59,238 nucleotides of DNA from a virus (Duplodnaviria > Caudoviricetes): positions 1 through 59,238 of the IMG/VR virus record IMGVR_UViG_3300049925_000138. One strand, given 5' to 3'. The position numbers and the translations under genes were made by a program. Position 1 is the stretch's first letter. Every line of letters starts with the position of its first letter. The notes under the pieces were generated by a model. It searched no databases, was not told where the DNA came from, and saw only the letters and a list, made by a program, of their open reading frames with translations. This document shows positions 39,123 to 47,230 of the stretch, piece by piece.

Positions 39123-39186
39123 TTTTACAAGCCAAGGTATTTCAATATTGCCTTGGCTTGTAAAATTTTAGGTTGTTGATTATAAT
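39121..39186 (+). promoter_or_regulatory. 17-bp inverted repeat (terminator/operator) overlapping a sigma70 promoter
   Basis: AATTTTACAAGCCAAGG(39121-39137)/CCTTGGCTTGTAAAATT(39151-39167); TTGTAA(39158)-N17-TATAAT(39181). Confidence 0.75.
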
Positions 39187-39202
39187 AATTTGTGAGGCAA
39201 AA

Positions 39203-40264
39203 ATGAAAATTGGTTATAGTTTTTGGGGGTTCCTGACCCCCTTTGACCAGCTGTCCGTCACTGCAACTCCCGATCATTATCGCGGTGGTCGAATTGACAT
39301 TGTTGAAGAGATGACCCGCCGAGGTCACGAAGTCTATCGACTGCAAGTTCAGCGTGACCAACACCCTTATCCAAACATTCAACAAGCTGACAAGTATTTT
39401 CCTGATGTTGATCTTGCTCTTTTTGAATGGCGATGGCCGACTTGGAAGAACGATCCCGCCATTGGTGGGACTCGCGCAACTGAACCTGATTATCATCGTC
39501 AAATGGAGTGCTTGCGTTATTATCACAACAAAGGAACTCCTATCATCATTCACGATGGTGATTTGCAAATGACTCATAATGATGAGCTTATGTTTCCAAA
39601 TGCAATTTTGACTGATGCTTGCAAGACTCCTCGAGTTCTCACTCGTAAGCGTTCATTTCTCCCCTGGGTCTCAGCTTCAAAGAAAATGTTTGCTCCAGCT
39701 GAGTATGCTTATGATTACACTTATGTTGGAAACAATTACGACCGCGACCCACAATTTATGAAGTATTATTCAGCACCCAGTTTTCATCTGCGTCGTCTGG
39801 GTATTCAGACAAAGGTGTGGGGCAATTGGCTTGAGCGCTCTCCAGAGCGCCGTGATCCTGTTTATCTTATTCAACAGCATCCACACATTGCATTTGGTCA
39901 TCGACTCTCTTATAAGGACATTTTCACAGCACTCAATAAGTCTATCGCTGTGACACATATTACTCGTGATGAGTATGCTCTTTATGGCAATATTACAATG
40001 CGATTTACTGAATCGTATCAGGCGGGTGTTGTTTCACTGATTCCTGCAGAATATACTGACGCTTTGCCAATTGGATTGGGTGAATTTGTTGTGAAAGACC
40101 ACGAAAGCGTTATTCGAGCAGTGACTTCACTTAATCAAATGAGCGTAAGAGAGCGCGGAATGATTGTTGAGCAGCAATTTGCTGAGTTGAAAAAGCTTGC
40201 TGATCCAAGTCCAGAAAATCATCTCAATATTATTGAAGACCTTGTAAAGAACTACAATCCTTAA
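39203..40264 (+). CDS. GT-B glycosyltransferase, T4 beta-glucosyltransferase-like (putative DNA glycosyltransferase)
   Basis: MKIGYSFWG start, GHEVY, YDYTYVGN, GNITMRFTESYQAGVVSLI resembling the BGT C-terminal ITLRVWE..A segment (recalled, not aligned); first gene of nucleotide-modification operon. Confidence 0.65.
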   Translation: MKIGYSFWGFLTPFDQLSVTATPDHYRGGRIDIVEEMTRRGHEVYRLQVQRDQHPYPNIQQADKYFPDVDLALFEWRWPTWKNDPAIGGTRATEPDYHRQMECLRYYHNKGTPIIIHDGDLQMTHNDELMFPNAILTDACKTPRVLTRKRSFLPWVSASKKMFAPAEYAYDYTYVGNNYDRDPQFMKYYSAPSFHLRRLGIQTKVWGNWLERSPERRDPVYLIQQHPHIAFGHRLSYKDIFTALNKSIAVTHITRDEYALYGNITMRFTESYQAGVVSLIPAEYTDALPIGLGEFVVKDHESVIRAVTSLNQMSVRERGMIVEQQFAELKKLADPSPENHLNIIEDLVKNYNP

Positions 40265-40278
40265 TCAGGAATTAAAGA

Positions 40279-40794
40279 ATGATTCTTACTTTTGAAGGCC
40301 CTGATCGATCAGGTAAGTCAGAGATTTCTTCTGCTCTATCGATTGATTTGGGTATTCCTCGCTTTAAAAACAAAGGCGAGTGGCTTGATGATATCAAAAA
40401 CTCTTCGTATTTTGTAAATACACTCACATATGGCAACACAATGCTCATTGATTTTATTGAGCAAGTCCAATGTGATGTTATTTTTGATCGTCATTACCCA
40501 TCTGAATGGGTTTATTCTCGATTTTTTGGTCGTCAAACAAATGAGCAAGTTCTTAGAAAGATTGATGATAAACTTGCTGAAATGGGCGCAATGATTGTTA
40601 TTTGCCGCCGAAAGTCGTATAATGGCATTCAAGACGATCTTTATTCATACATTGATAGTGATGCTCTGAAAAAGATTGATGCACTTTACGAAGATTTCAC
40701 AAAATGGACAAAGTGCAAGGTTCTTACATTGTGGGTTGATGATGAAAATTTGACCCGCGAAATTACTGAAATTAAGGAGTGGATCAAATCTTGA
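40279..40794 (+). CDS. Deoxynucleoside monophosphate kinase (thymidylate kinase-like)
   Basis: TFEGPDRSGKS P-loop, IFDRHYPSEWVY. Confidence 0.8.
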   Translation: MILTFEGPDRSGKSEISSALSIDLGIPRFKNKGEWLDDIKNSSYFVNTLTYGNTMLIDFIEQVQCDVIFDRHYPSEWVYSRFFGRQTNEQVLRKIDDKLAEMGAMIVICRRKSYNGIQDDLYSYIDSDALKKIDALYEDFTKWTKCKVLTLWVDDENLTREITEIKEWIKS

Positions 40795-41774
40795 AAACTT
40801 ATAAGAACTTTACTTCTGCTTATATTGATTTAGCTCGAATGATTCGGGACAATTTTGATTTTGAAGTGAGTCCTCGCGGAATGAAAGTGAAGGAAAAGTT
40901 GGGTGTTCAATTCCGAATCACTAATCCGCGCAATCGTCTCCCTTATGTGAAGGGTAGAAACTTTTCATTGTCGTATTTTGTGGCGGAATCTATTTGGTAT
41001 ATGAGTGGCTCTAATAGCACAGAGTGGATTTCAAAATATGCTCCATTTTGGCGTAATATTAGTGATGATGGAGTCACTGCAAATTCGGCGTATGGAGCTC
41101 GAATCTTTAAGACAAATCCTCGAATTGCTGGAAGCCAGTTAATTCAATGGAATTATGTTCTTGAAGAGCTTCGCCGGGATCCTGATTCACGCCGGGCAGT
41201 TATTCATATCAGAACTCCAGATGATTCGATCTCTGCAAAGAAAGATATGCCTTGCACTCTATCGCTGCAGTTCTTTATTCGAGAAAACAAGCTGCACTTG
41301 CATGTGAGTATGAGATCAAGTGATGTTATCCTTGGTCTTGCTTATGATGTTCCTGCTTTTACTCTTATGCAAGAAGTAATGGCAAATGATCTTGGAGTAG
41401 AACTGGGTGAATATGTTCATACAAGCAATTCACTTCATTGTTATGATCGTGATTATGAAATGCTTAATGACATTGCCAATACTCAGCTTGATTCAAATTT
41501 TGAAAACAGCAATTATTTGGAAATGCCGCCCTTGCCAAAGGAGTTTCCAACTGATGAGTTGTTTAAGCTTGAAGCCAATGTTAGCAAAATGAAAAATGAA
41601 GTAGACCCAATCGTCAATTTTGACGGCCAACCTACTTCAGAAAGTGTGCATCTTATTCAAGATTGGATTTTTATTCTTCGATCTGCTCAAGCTCGAAAGA
41701 TGAAGAATCAATTTCTATGTGATCAATACATCAACTTGACCAGCTTTAATGGTTATCATTACTTTAGGAGATAA
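40791..41774 (+). CDS. Thymidylate synthase-fold enzyme, probable dCMP hydroxymethylase-like base modifier
   Basis: NSAYG.R, DPDSRRAV, DMPCT..LQF.IR..KL...V.MRSSD..LGLAYD (Asp at the ThyA Asn177 position), SLHCY. Confidence 0.8.
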   Translation: MKTYKNFTSAYIDLARMIRDNFDFEVSPRGMKVKEKLGVQFRITNPRNRLPYVKGRNFSLSYFVAESIWYMSGSNSTEWISKYAPFWRNISDDGVTANSAYGARIFKTNPRIAGSQLIQWNYVLEELRRDPDSRRAVIHIRTPDDSISAKKDMPCTLSLQFFIRENKLHLHVSMRSSDVILGLAYDVPAFTLMQEVMANDLGVELGEYVHTSNSLHCYDRDYEMLNDIANTQLDSNFENSNYLEMPPLPKEFPTDELFKLEANVSKMKNEVDPIVNFDGQPTSESVHLIQDWIFILRSAQARKMKNQFLCDQYINLTSFNGYHYFRR

Positions 41775-41775
41775 A

Positions 41776-42783
41776 ATGAGAAATAAGCATGTTCTTGTGA
41801 CTGGTGGATGTGGATTTATCGGATCGTATGTTGTTCGTGAACTTGTTCAACACGATTACATTGTTGATATTGTTGATGATATGTCGGCCGGGTCTTTAGA
41901 CTCTCTGAATGGCCTTACCTTTAGGTGTGTTCCTGGCAGTCTTCTTCAGGCTTACGAAGATAAGCATCCCCAAACTGATCGTCAGCCTGGATCGATCTTA
42001 GTAATTGAAGATGATTTTGCTTCTAGAAGAATTATGGAAAGGTCGGCCAAGGGCCGATGGGGTGCCATTTTTCATTTAGCCGCAATGCCACGGGTTGCTT
42101 ATTCTGTTGAGAATCCTTTTGATTCAAATTCGACAAATGTGACAAAGACTTTGGCTCTTCTTGAAAATATTCGAAATACTGATACAAAGTTTGTCTTTTC
42201 TTCGTCATCTGCAGTTTATGGAGATGCAGAAAATATTCCAACAAGTGAATATGATATGACGAATCCTCAATCTCCATATGGTTTGCAAAAGAGAATTGTT
42301 GAAGATTACCTTGTCATCTTTGGTCGTCTCTACAACCAGCATAGCGTCTGTTTGCGTTATTTTAATGTTTATGGTCCTGGGCAAGATGGATCGTCTCCTT
42401 ATTCGACGGCTGTTTCAGCTTGGTGTTCTGCTCTAAAGAATGGTCAGCCTTTGCGGTCTGATGGTGATGGTGAGCAGTCTCGTGATCTTGTGTTTGTGAC
42501 AGATGTCGCTCGAGCAAATAGATTGGCTGCTGAATCACAGGATCCTTTTAGAGGTCATTCAATCAATATTGGCTCTGGGGTCTCTTACACAAATAATCAA
42601 ATTCTTGATAAGCTTAAGAGCAAATTTCCATCTTTGCAAGTTCAAAATGCTCCAGCCCGAGAGGGTGATGTGAGAGCTACCAGGGCTGACATCAGCATTG
42701 CTGAAGTAGTTATTAATTGGTCACCTCTTGTTAGTTTTGATGATGGACTTGCTTTTACGCTTAATTGGTGGGAATTGCAATGA
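41776..42783 (+). CDS. NAD-dependent nucleotide-sugar epimerase/dehydratase (extended SDR)
   Basis: LVTGGCGFIGS, FHLAA, FSSSSAVYG, PYGLQK (YxxxK), LRYFNVYGP, GDGEQSRD..FV.DV. Confidence 0.9.
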   Translation: MRNKHVLVTGGCGFIGSYVVRELVQHDYIVDIVDDMSAGSLDSLNGLTFRCVPGSLLQAYEDKHPQTDRQPGSILVIEDDFASRRIMERSAKGRWGAIFHLAAMPRVAYSVENPFDSNSTNVTKTLALLENIRNTDTKFVFSSSSAVYGDAENIPTSEYDMTNPQSPYGLQKRIVEDYLVIFGRLYNQHSVCLRYFNVYGPGQDGSSPYSTAVSAWCSALKNGQPLRSDGDGEQSRDLVFVTDVARANRLAAESQDPFRGHSINIGSGVSYTNNQILDKLKSKFPSLQVQNAPAREGDVRATRADISIAEVVINWSPLVSFDDGLAFTLNWWELQ

Positions 42784-43352
42784 AAAATAATGAGTTAGTT
42801 CTTTTTCTGGGACCTATGTTTTCTGGGAAGACAACCCGACTGCTGGCAGCAATTGAGCGCCATATTTTACGCCAGCAGTCCGTTGTTTGTTTTAAGCCCA
42901 AAATTGATGACAGGTATTCAGACAATGAAATTGTCACTCATTCTAAGTTAAAAATTCCAGCCGTTTCAGTTAAAAACTGGAATGAGATTATGAAAGCAGT
43001 CAATGATATGCCAAGCAAGCCAAATGTGATTGCAGTTGATGAAGCATTCATGATTGAAGATTGCCATAAGGCTCTTCTTTCTTTATTTGCTGCAGGAATT
43101 ACAATCTATGTGTCGTCGATTGATATATCTGCAAATTTGAATTCATTCACTGTAATTGACAAGTTGCTTCCATATTCAACACAAGTTGTGAAGTGCGCTG
43201 CAATTTGTGCCTCGTGTTTAGGTGATGCGCAACTTACTTATAGAAAGTTTGCGTCAAGTGCAGAAATTTCTGTTGGCGGCGGCGACAGTTATGAACCGCT
43301 ATGTTGGTCTTGTCACCCACTTGTAGAAAAAAAGCCCTGGTTGCAGGTATAA
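42780..43352 (+). CDS. tdk: Thymidine kinase (type II)
   Basis: GPMFSGKTT, KPKIDDRY, VDEA, CxxC...VGG..SYEPLCxxC. Confidence 0.9.
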   Translation: MKNNELVLFLGPMFSGKTTRLLAAIERHILRQQSVVCFKPKIDDRYSDNEIVTHSKLKIPAVSVKNWNEIMKAVNDMPSKPNVIAVDEAFMIEDCHKALLSLFAAGITIYVSSIDISANLNSFTVIDKLLPYSTQVVKCAAICASCLGDAQLTYRKFASSAEISVGGGDSYEPLCWSCHPLVEKKPWLQV

Positions 43353-43375
43353 TTAGGCTGTTAAAAGGACAAAAC

Positions 43376-44218
43376 ATGTTTGATCCATCAAGTGTAAATT
43401 TAGTCATTTATCACGGCAATTGTTCTGATGGTTATGGCGCTGCATGGGCAGCTTGGAAACTATTAGGTGATCGTGCAGAATATCTTCCAGCATTTTATGG
43501 ACAACCTGCTCCTGATGTGAAAGGTAAAACTGTTGTTTGTCTTGACTTCAGCTATGATAATGCTACTACAAAAAGACTTATTAGCGAAGCTGATAACTTT
43601 TATATTATTGATCATCATAGAACCGCTATGATTAATCTTCATGATGTGTCAAATACTCATTTTGATATGAATCATAGCGGTGCATATCTTTCTTGGAAGT
43701 TCTTTCATCCTGGTAAAGAAGTTCCAAGATTAATCAAGTATATTGAAGATCGTGACTTGTGGAAGTGGGAAATGCCTTACTCAAAAGAGTTTTCGACATT
43801 TTTTTACACTGTTCCATTTGACTTTGAAGAGTATGACAACTATCTTGATGATAGTGCAATTGATGCAGCACAAGAAAGTGGATCGCATATTGTAGCATAC
43901 ACCAAAGCTGCAATTTCACGGCTTATCAAAAAGCCTGCAATGAGAAAGCTTGACGGTAAGTCAGTTGCTGTTATTAACACATCTCAATGGGTTGATGAAA
44001 TTGGTAATGCTCTTGCTATAAAATGTGACTTTGCTCTTATGTGGCATTATGATCATAAATTAAATATGACTTCTGTTAGCCTGCGTGCGTTTCATGATGA
44101 TGTTGATGTGAGTGAAGTTGCAAAGCGCTTTGGTGGTGGGGGTCACAAAAAGTCTGCAGGTTTTAGATTAGAAAATGGTCGGTTTATTGAATCTATCTTT
44201 GATAAAGAGAGTGAATAA
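43376..44218 (+). CDS. DHH/DHHA1 phosphoesterase
   Basis: YHGNCSDG, LDFS, IDHH, IEDRDLW, SLR, GGGGH.KSAGF. Confidence 0.85.
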   Translation: MFDPSSVNLVIYHGNCSDGYGAAWAAWKLLGDRAEYLPAFYGQPAPDVKGKTVVCLDFSYDNATTKRLISEADNFYIIDHHRTAMINLHDVSNTHFDMNHSGAYLSWKFFHPGKEVPRLIKYIEDRDLWKWEMPYSKEFSTFFYTVPFDFEEYDNYLDDSAIDAAQESGSHIVAYTKAAISRLIKKPAMRKLDGKSVAVINTSQWVDEIGNALAIKCDFALMWHYDHKLNMTSVSLRAFHDDVDVSEVAKRFGGGGHKKSAGFRLENGRFIESIFDKESE

Positions 44219-44659
44219 ATGAACGAACGCCATCTTCAAAAAATGAGAACTTATATGAATATTTGCGAGTCAATCGCATCTTTGTCATATGATCCCAAAT
44301 TTAAAGTTGGAACAGTCATCATAACAGATGATTTTCGTGAAATTTGTGCTGTTGGTTATAATGGAAACTATAAGGGTGGTCCAAACGCGCGTGATTCAGA
44401 AGAAACAGGTGGTTCTGGATTCCTTCATAGTGAAGAGAACGCACTTTTTCATTTAGGAAAGCCTTATGAATTGCGAGGTTATTTAACAATGCTTTGCACT
44501 CATAAGCCTTGTCCAATGTGCGCAAAGCGAATTGTGAATTCAGGACTTAAAAAAGTAATTTATAAGACTGATTATACAGCTTTGGGACATGGTGCTGATG
44601 ATATTTTTGAAAAATCAGAAATCACCTGTGTAAGTATCGATCAATACGCCTTGAAATAG
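44219..44659 (+). CDS. dCMP deaminase
   Basis: KVG.VI, GYNG, HSEEN (HxE), PCPMCAK. Confidence 0.85.
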   Translation: MNERHLQKMRTYMNICESIASLSYDPKFKVGTVIITDDFREICAVGYNGNYKGGPNARDSEETGGSGFLHSEENALFHLGKPYELRGYLTMLCTHKPCPMCAKRIVNSGLKKVIYKTDYTALGHGADDIFEKSEITCVSIDQYALK

Positions 44660-44665
44660 TTAAGG

Positions 44666-44698
44666 TGCTTCACAATATTCAGTTGTGAAGCATATTTA
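44666..44698 (+). promoter_or_regulatory. 10-bp inverted repeat abutting ATATTTA motif
   Basis: TGCTTCACAA(44666-44675)/TTGTGAAGCA(44683-44692), ATATTTA 44692-44698. Confidence 0.5.
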
Positions 44699-44737
44699 TA
44701 TCGTAATGTGTTATAATCATGTTAGAGGAGATGTAGC

Positions 44738-45064
44738 TTGAAAAGAGAAAGAGCACTCATTAAGCTTATGCGTGAGCAATATGAGCAGCAAATATACTCA
44801 CGACTTTTAGAAATTGATGTCTCCGCTGCTGGTGGAAAGATTCTTGTTGATGCTGGTCTTGAAGTCACTGATGTAAAAACAGGTGAAAAATTCACAATTC
44901 AATCAGTTCATCGTCAAAATGATGGTGATGTGTTAATTAGTTTAATTCCACCAGAAAGTGTTTCTGGTCCCATTACTGCTCACGGTCAAAATACAATTGT
45001 ATCTCCTGGTCAAAAGCCTCATGTTTATAATTTAAATGACTTTGAAAAGAAGTTCAAGGTATAG
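44738..45064 (+). CDS. Hypothetical protein
   Basis: GAGGAG RBS before TTG; LIKLMRE...RLLE leader. Confidence 0.55.
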   Translation: MKRERALIKLMREQYEQQIYSRLLEIDVSAAGGKILVDAGLEVTDVKTGEKFTIQSVHRQNDGDVLISLIPPESVSGPITAHGQNTIVSPGQKPHVYNLNDFEKKFKV

Positions 45065-45072
45065 GATCAACA

Positions 45073-45774
45073 ATGAAATTTAATGAATTAGAGATCGAAA
45101 AAATTATCAAAGAAACTTTGACCGGTCGCAAAACACAGCTAGAAGAGTCTGTGATCAATGAAGCTTATGTTGTGTCTGCTCGCAAGTATGATTTAACAAC
45201 TGAAAAATTGAGTGAGGAAAATAAGCAGGCTCATGAAGCTCTTATGGAAGGATACGTCAAATCTTTAAATGAGATTTCGGCAAATCTTGAAACTGCTGAT
45301 AGAGAAAATGTTGGTCCCAATGGATCCACATTTCGTAATTTAAAGCTTGATGAAGCATACAACTTGAATGCTGTATTCCTTCATGGAATGTTTTTTGAAA
45401 ATATATCAGATATGCGTTCGCAAGTGTCAATGGATTCACTCTCTTATATGAGATTTGAGCGTGACTGGGGTTCTTTTGAAGCTTGGCAGCGCGATTTCAT
45501 TGCGTGTGCAATGAGCGCTCGAAATGGTTGGGTTGTGACGGTCTATAACTTTATGCTTCGTAGATATATGAATGTGATTGTTGATCTTCACAGCACAGGT
45601 ATTCCATTCTCCTCAGTTCCAGTTGTAGTTCTTGATTGTTGGGAACATTCATATTATCGTGATTACTTAAAAGATCGTAAGTCTTATGTCTTTTCAATGA
45701 TGAAAGAGTTGCGTTGGGAAAAAATTGAAGAGAGAATTAGAAGAGTTGAGCGCATGGCCGAGGCTCTAAAATGA
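45073..45774 (+). CDS. Fe/Mn superoxide dismutase-family protein with N-terminal leader
   Basis: AHEAL..GY, NAVFLHGMFFENI, WGSFEAW..DF, GWVV, LDCWEHSYY.DY. Confidence 0.85.
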   Translation: MKFNELEIEKIIKETLTGRKTQLEESVINEAYVVSARKYDLTTEKLSEENKQAHEALMEGYVKSLNEISANLETADRENVGPNGSTFRNLKLDEAYNLNAVFLHGMFFENISDMRSQVSMDSLSYMRFERDWGSFEAWQRDFIACAMSARNGWVVTVYNFMLRRYMNVIVDLHSTGIPFSSVPVVVLDCWEHSYYRDYLKDRKSYVFSMMKELRWEKIEERIRRVERMAEALK

Positions 45775-46583
45775 ATAAAAACAATATCAAAAAAATCATT
45801 TTAAAAGAAATGTATGGAACAAGTCTCAGGGTCTTATACGAGGCCGATGAACCAGCTGATCCAACAGCGCCAGCCCCAGGTGCCGAGCCTGCCCCACCAG
45901 CTCCTGACGCTGCTGCTCCCCCTGGGGCTCCGCCACCTCCTGGTGGCGACCCAACAGCTCCAGGTGCCCCTCCTGGCGGTGATCCAGGTGCTCTTGGTGG
46001 AGGGCCACCTGGTGCTCCTCCTGATCTTTCGATGCCCCCAATGGGTGGTGGTCTTCCTCCAATGGGTGGGCCGCCTGGACCTCCTCCCGGACCACCAGGC
46101 GCTCCTCCAATGGGCGGGCCTCCTGGAGCACCTCCTAAAAAAGAAAATAAACCAAAGCCTGCTAAAGCTCCTAATCCTGATAAACAACAGGTTGCTTCAA
46201 AACTTCATACTGCATTAATGAATGCAATTTCGAGTGCAAGTCAAGATATTTCCGAAAGTCTTAAAAAGAAAAGTTTGCGCTTTCTTTATGAAGAAGATGA
46301 AAAATCAAATGACAAAAACGCTCCAAAAATTGATATGGAAAAATACGCAGGAGAAGTTGCAAACTTAATAAATAATTACACATCACTTATTGATATCAAA
46401 AAGAGTGTAATCACTCAAGCTGAACAGGATCTTGATACCCAATTTCCAAATGACGGTGTTGCTCTTAAAAAGCAATTAAAAGATTTACTGCGAACACAAT
46501 ACCATCTATCATTAGAAAAACAAAATGAACCACCAGAAACTTATGCAGTCGGAGCGAAGAGCGGCGCAGGAGGCCCTGCGTGA
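45771..46583 (+). CDS. Proline/glycine-rich low-complexity protein
   Basis: ~100-aa PPG/GGPPG tract flanked by LR.LYE motifs. Confidence 0.65.
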   Translation: MNKNNIKKIILKEMYGTSLRVLYEADEPADPTAPAPGAEPAPPAPDAAAPPGAPPPPGGDPTAPGAPPGGDPGALGGGPPGAPPDLSMPPMGGGLPPMGGPPGPPPGPPGAPPMGGPPGAPPKKENKPKPAKAPNPDKQQVASKLHTALMNAISSASQDISESLKKKSLRFLYEEDEKSNDKNAPKIDMEKYAGEVANLINNYTSLIDIKKSVITQAEQDLDTQFPNDGVALKKQLKDLLRTQYHLSLEKQNEPPETYAVGAKSGAGGPA

Positions 46584-46587
46584 AAAA

Positions 46588-46851
46588 GTGGCTGCAATCG
46601 TCGAACCAAGACGATGCGTCCATTTAAAACTTCCGGCTGAAGTCCATCAAGAGCTCAGAATTTTTGCAATAAAAAATAAACTTTCATTGCAAGAAATGAT
46701 AACAGAGATGTGTCGTCTTTTAATTGATGGCGACAATTATCTGTATAATCGAATGTTGTTTCTTTCTAAAAAGAAGAAAGAAAAACAAATTAAAAAAATA
46801 TCTGTAAAAGATGAAGAAGACATTTATAATCATATTGTTGGTAATGAATAG
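46588..46851 (+). CDS. Ribbon-helix-helix DNA-binding protein (start uncertain)
   Basis: RRCVHLKLPAEVHQELRIFAIKNKLSLQEMITEMC. Confidence 0.6.
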   Translation: MAAIVEPRRCVHLKLPAEVHQELRIFAIKNKLSLQEMITEMCRLLIDGDNYLYNRMLFLSKKKKEKQIKKISVKDEEDIYNHIVGNE

Positions 46852-46891
46852 ACCAACCTGATTGTTCAACAAAAAAATAAAAGGAGAAAAA

Positions 46892-47128
46892 ATGCTTCGT
46901 AATTCTATGGTTTTTCTTGCTCTCATGACTGCTTGTGGTGCTGATAACACTGTTGAGCAGGCTCCCGTTTCGGCAGGTCCAACCACCACCGAGGCCGGTG
47001 CTGTTGAGATCACTGACCCTGAGACTTCTGAGGTTGTTCCTACCGTTGAGGATGCAAGTGAGACCGTTGATCCTGTCACTGCAACTACTGGTCCTACTGA
47101 GCCAACTGACCAGACTACTACTCGTTGA
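46892..47128 (+). CDS. Small acidic Thr/Pro-rich lipoprotein
   Basis: AAGGAG RBS; MLRNSMVFLALMTA-C lipobox; low-complexity mature part. Confidence 0.65.
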   Translation: MLRNSMVFLALMTACGADNTVEQAPVSAGPTTTEAGAVEITDPETSEVVPTVEDASETVDPVTATTGPTEPTDQTTTR

Positions 47129-47148
47129 ATAAACAATTTCTTTAAGAA

Positions 47149-47178
47149 AAAAAAGCGCCACATTTGTGGCGCTTTTTT
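47149..47178. terminator. Bidirectional-type intrinsic terminator
   Basis: AAAAAAGCGCCACA-TT-TGTGGCGCTTTTTT. Confidence 0.8.
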
Positions 47179-47230
47179 CATTTCTGACGACTGATGACTA
47201 TAATATTTAATCATACGCAAGAGGTCGTCA

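Noticed and set aside
45840-46140. Collagen-like triple-helix repeat
   Set aside because: Gly is not strictly every third residue; the pattern is irregular PPG/GGPP.
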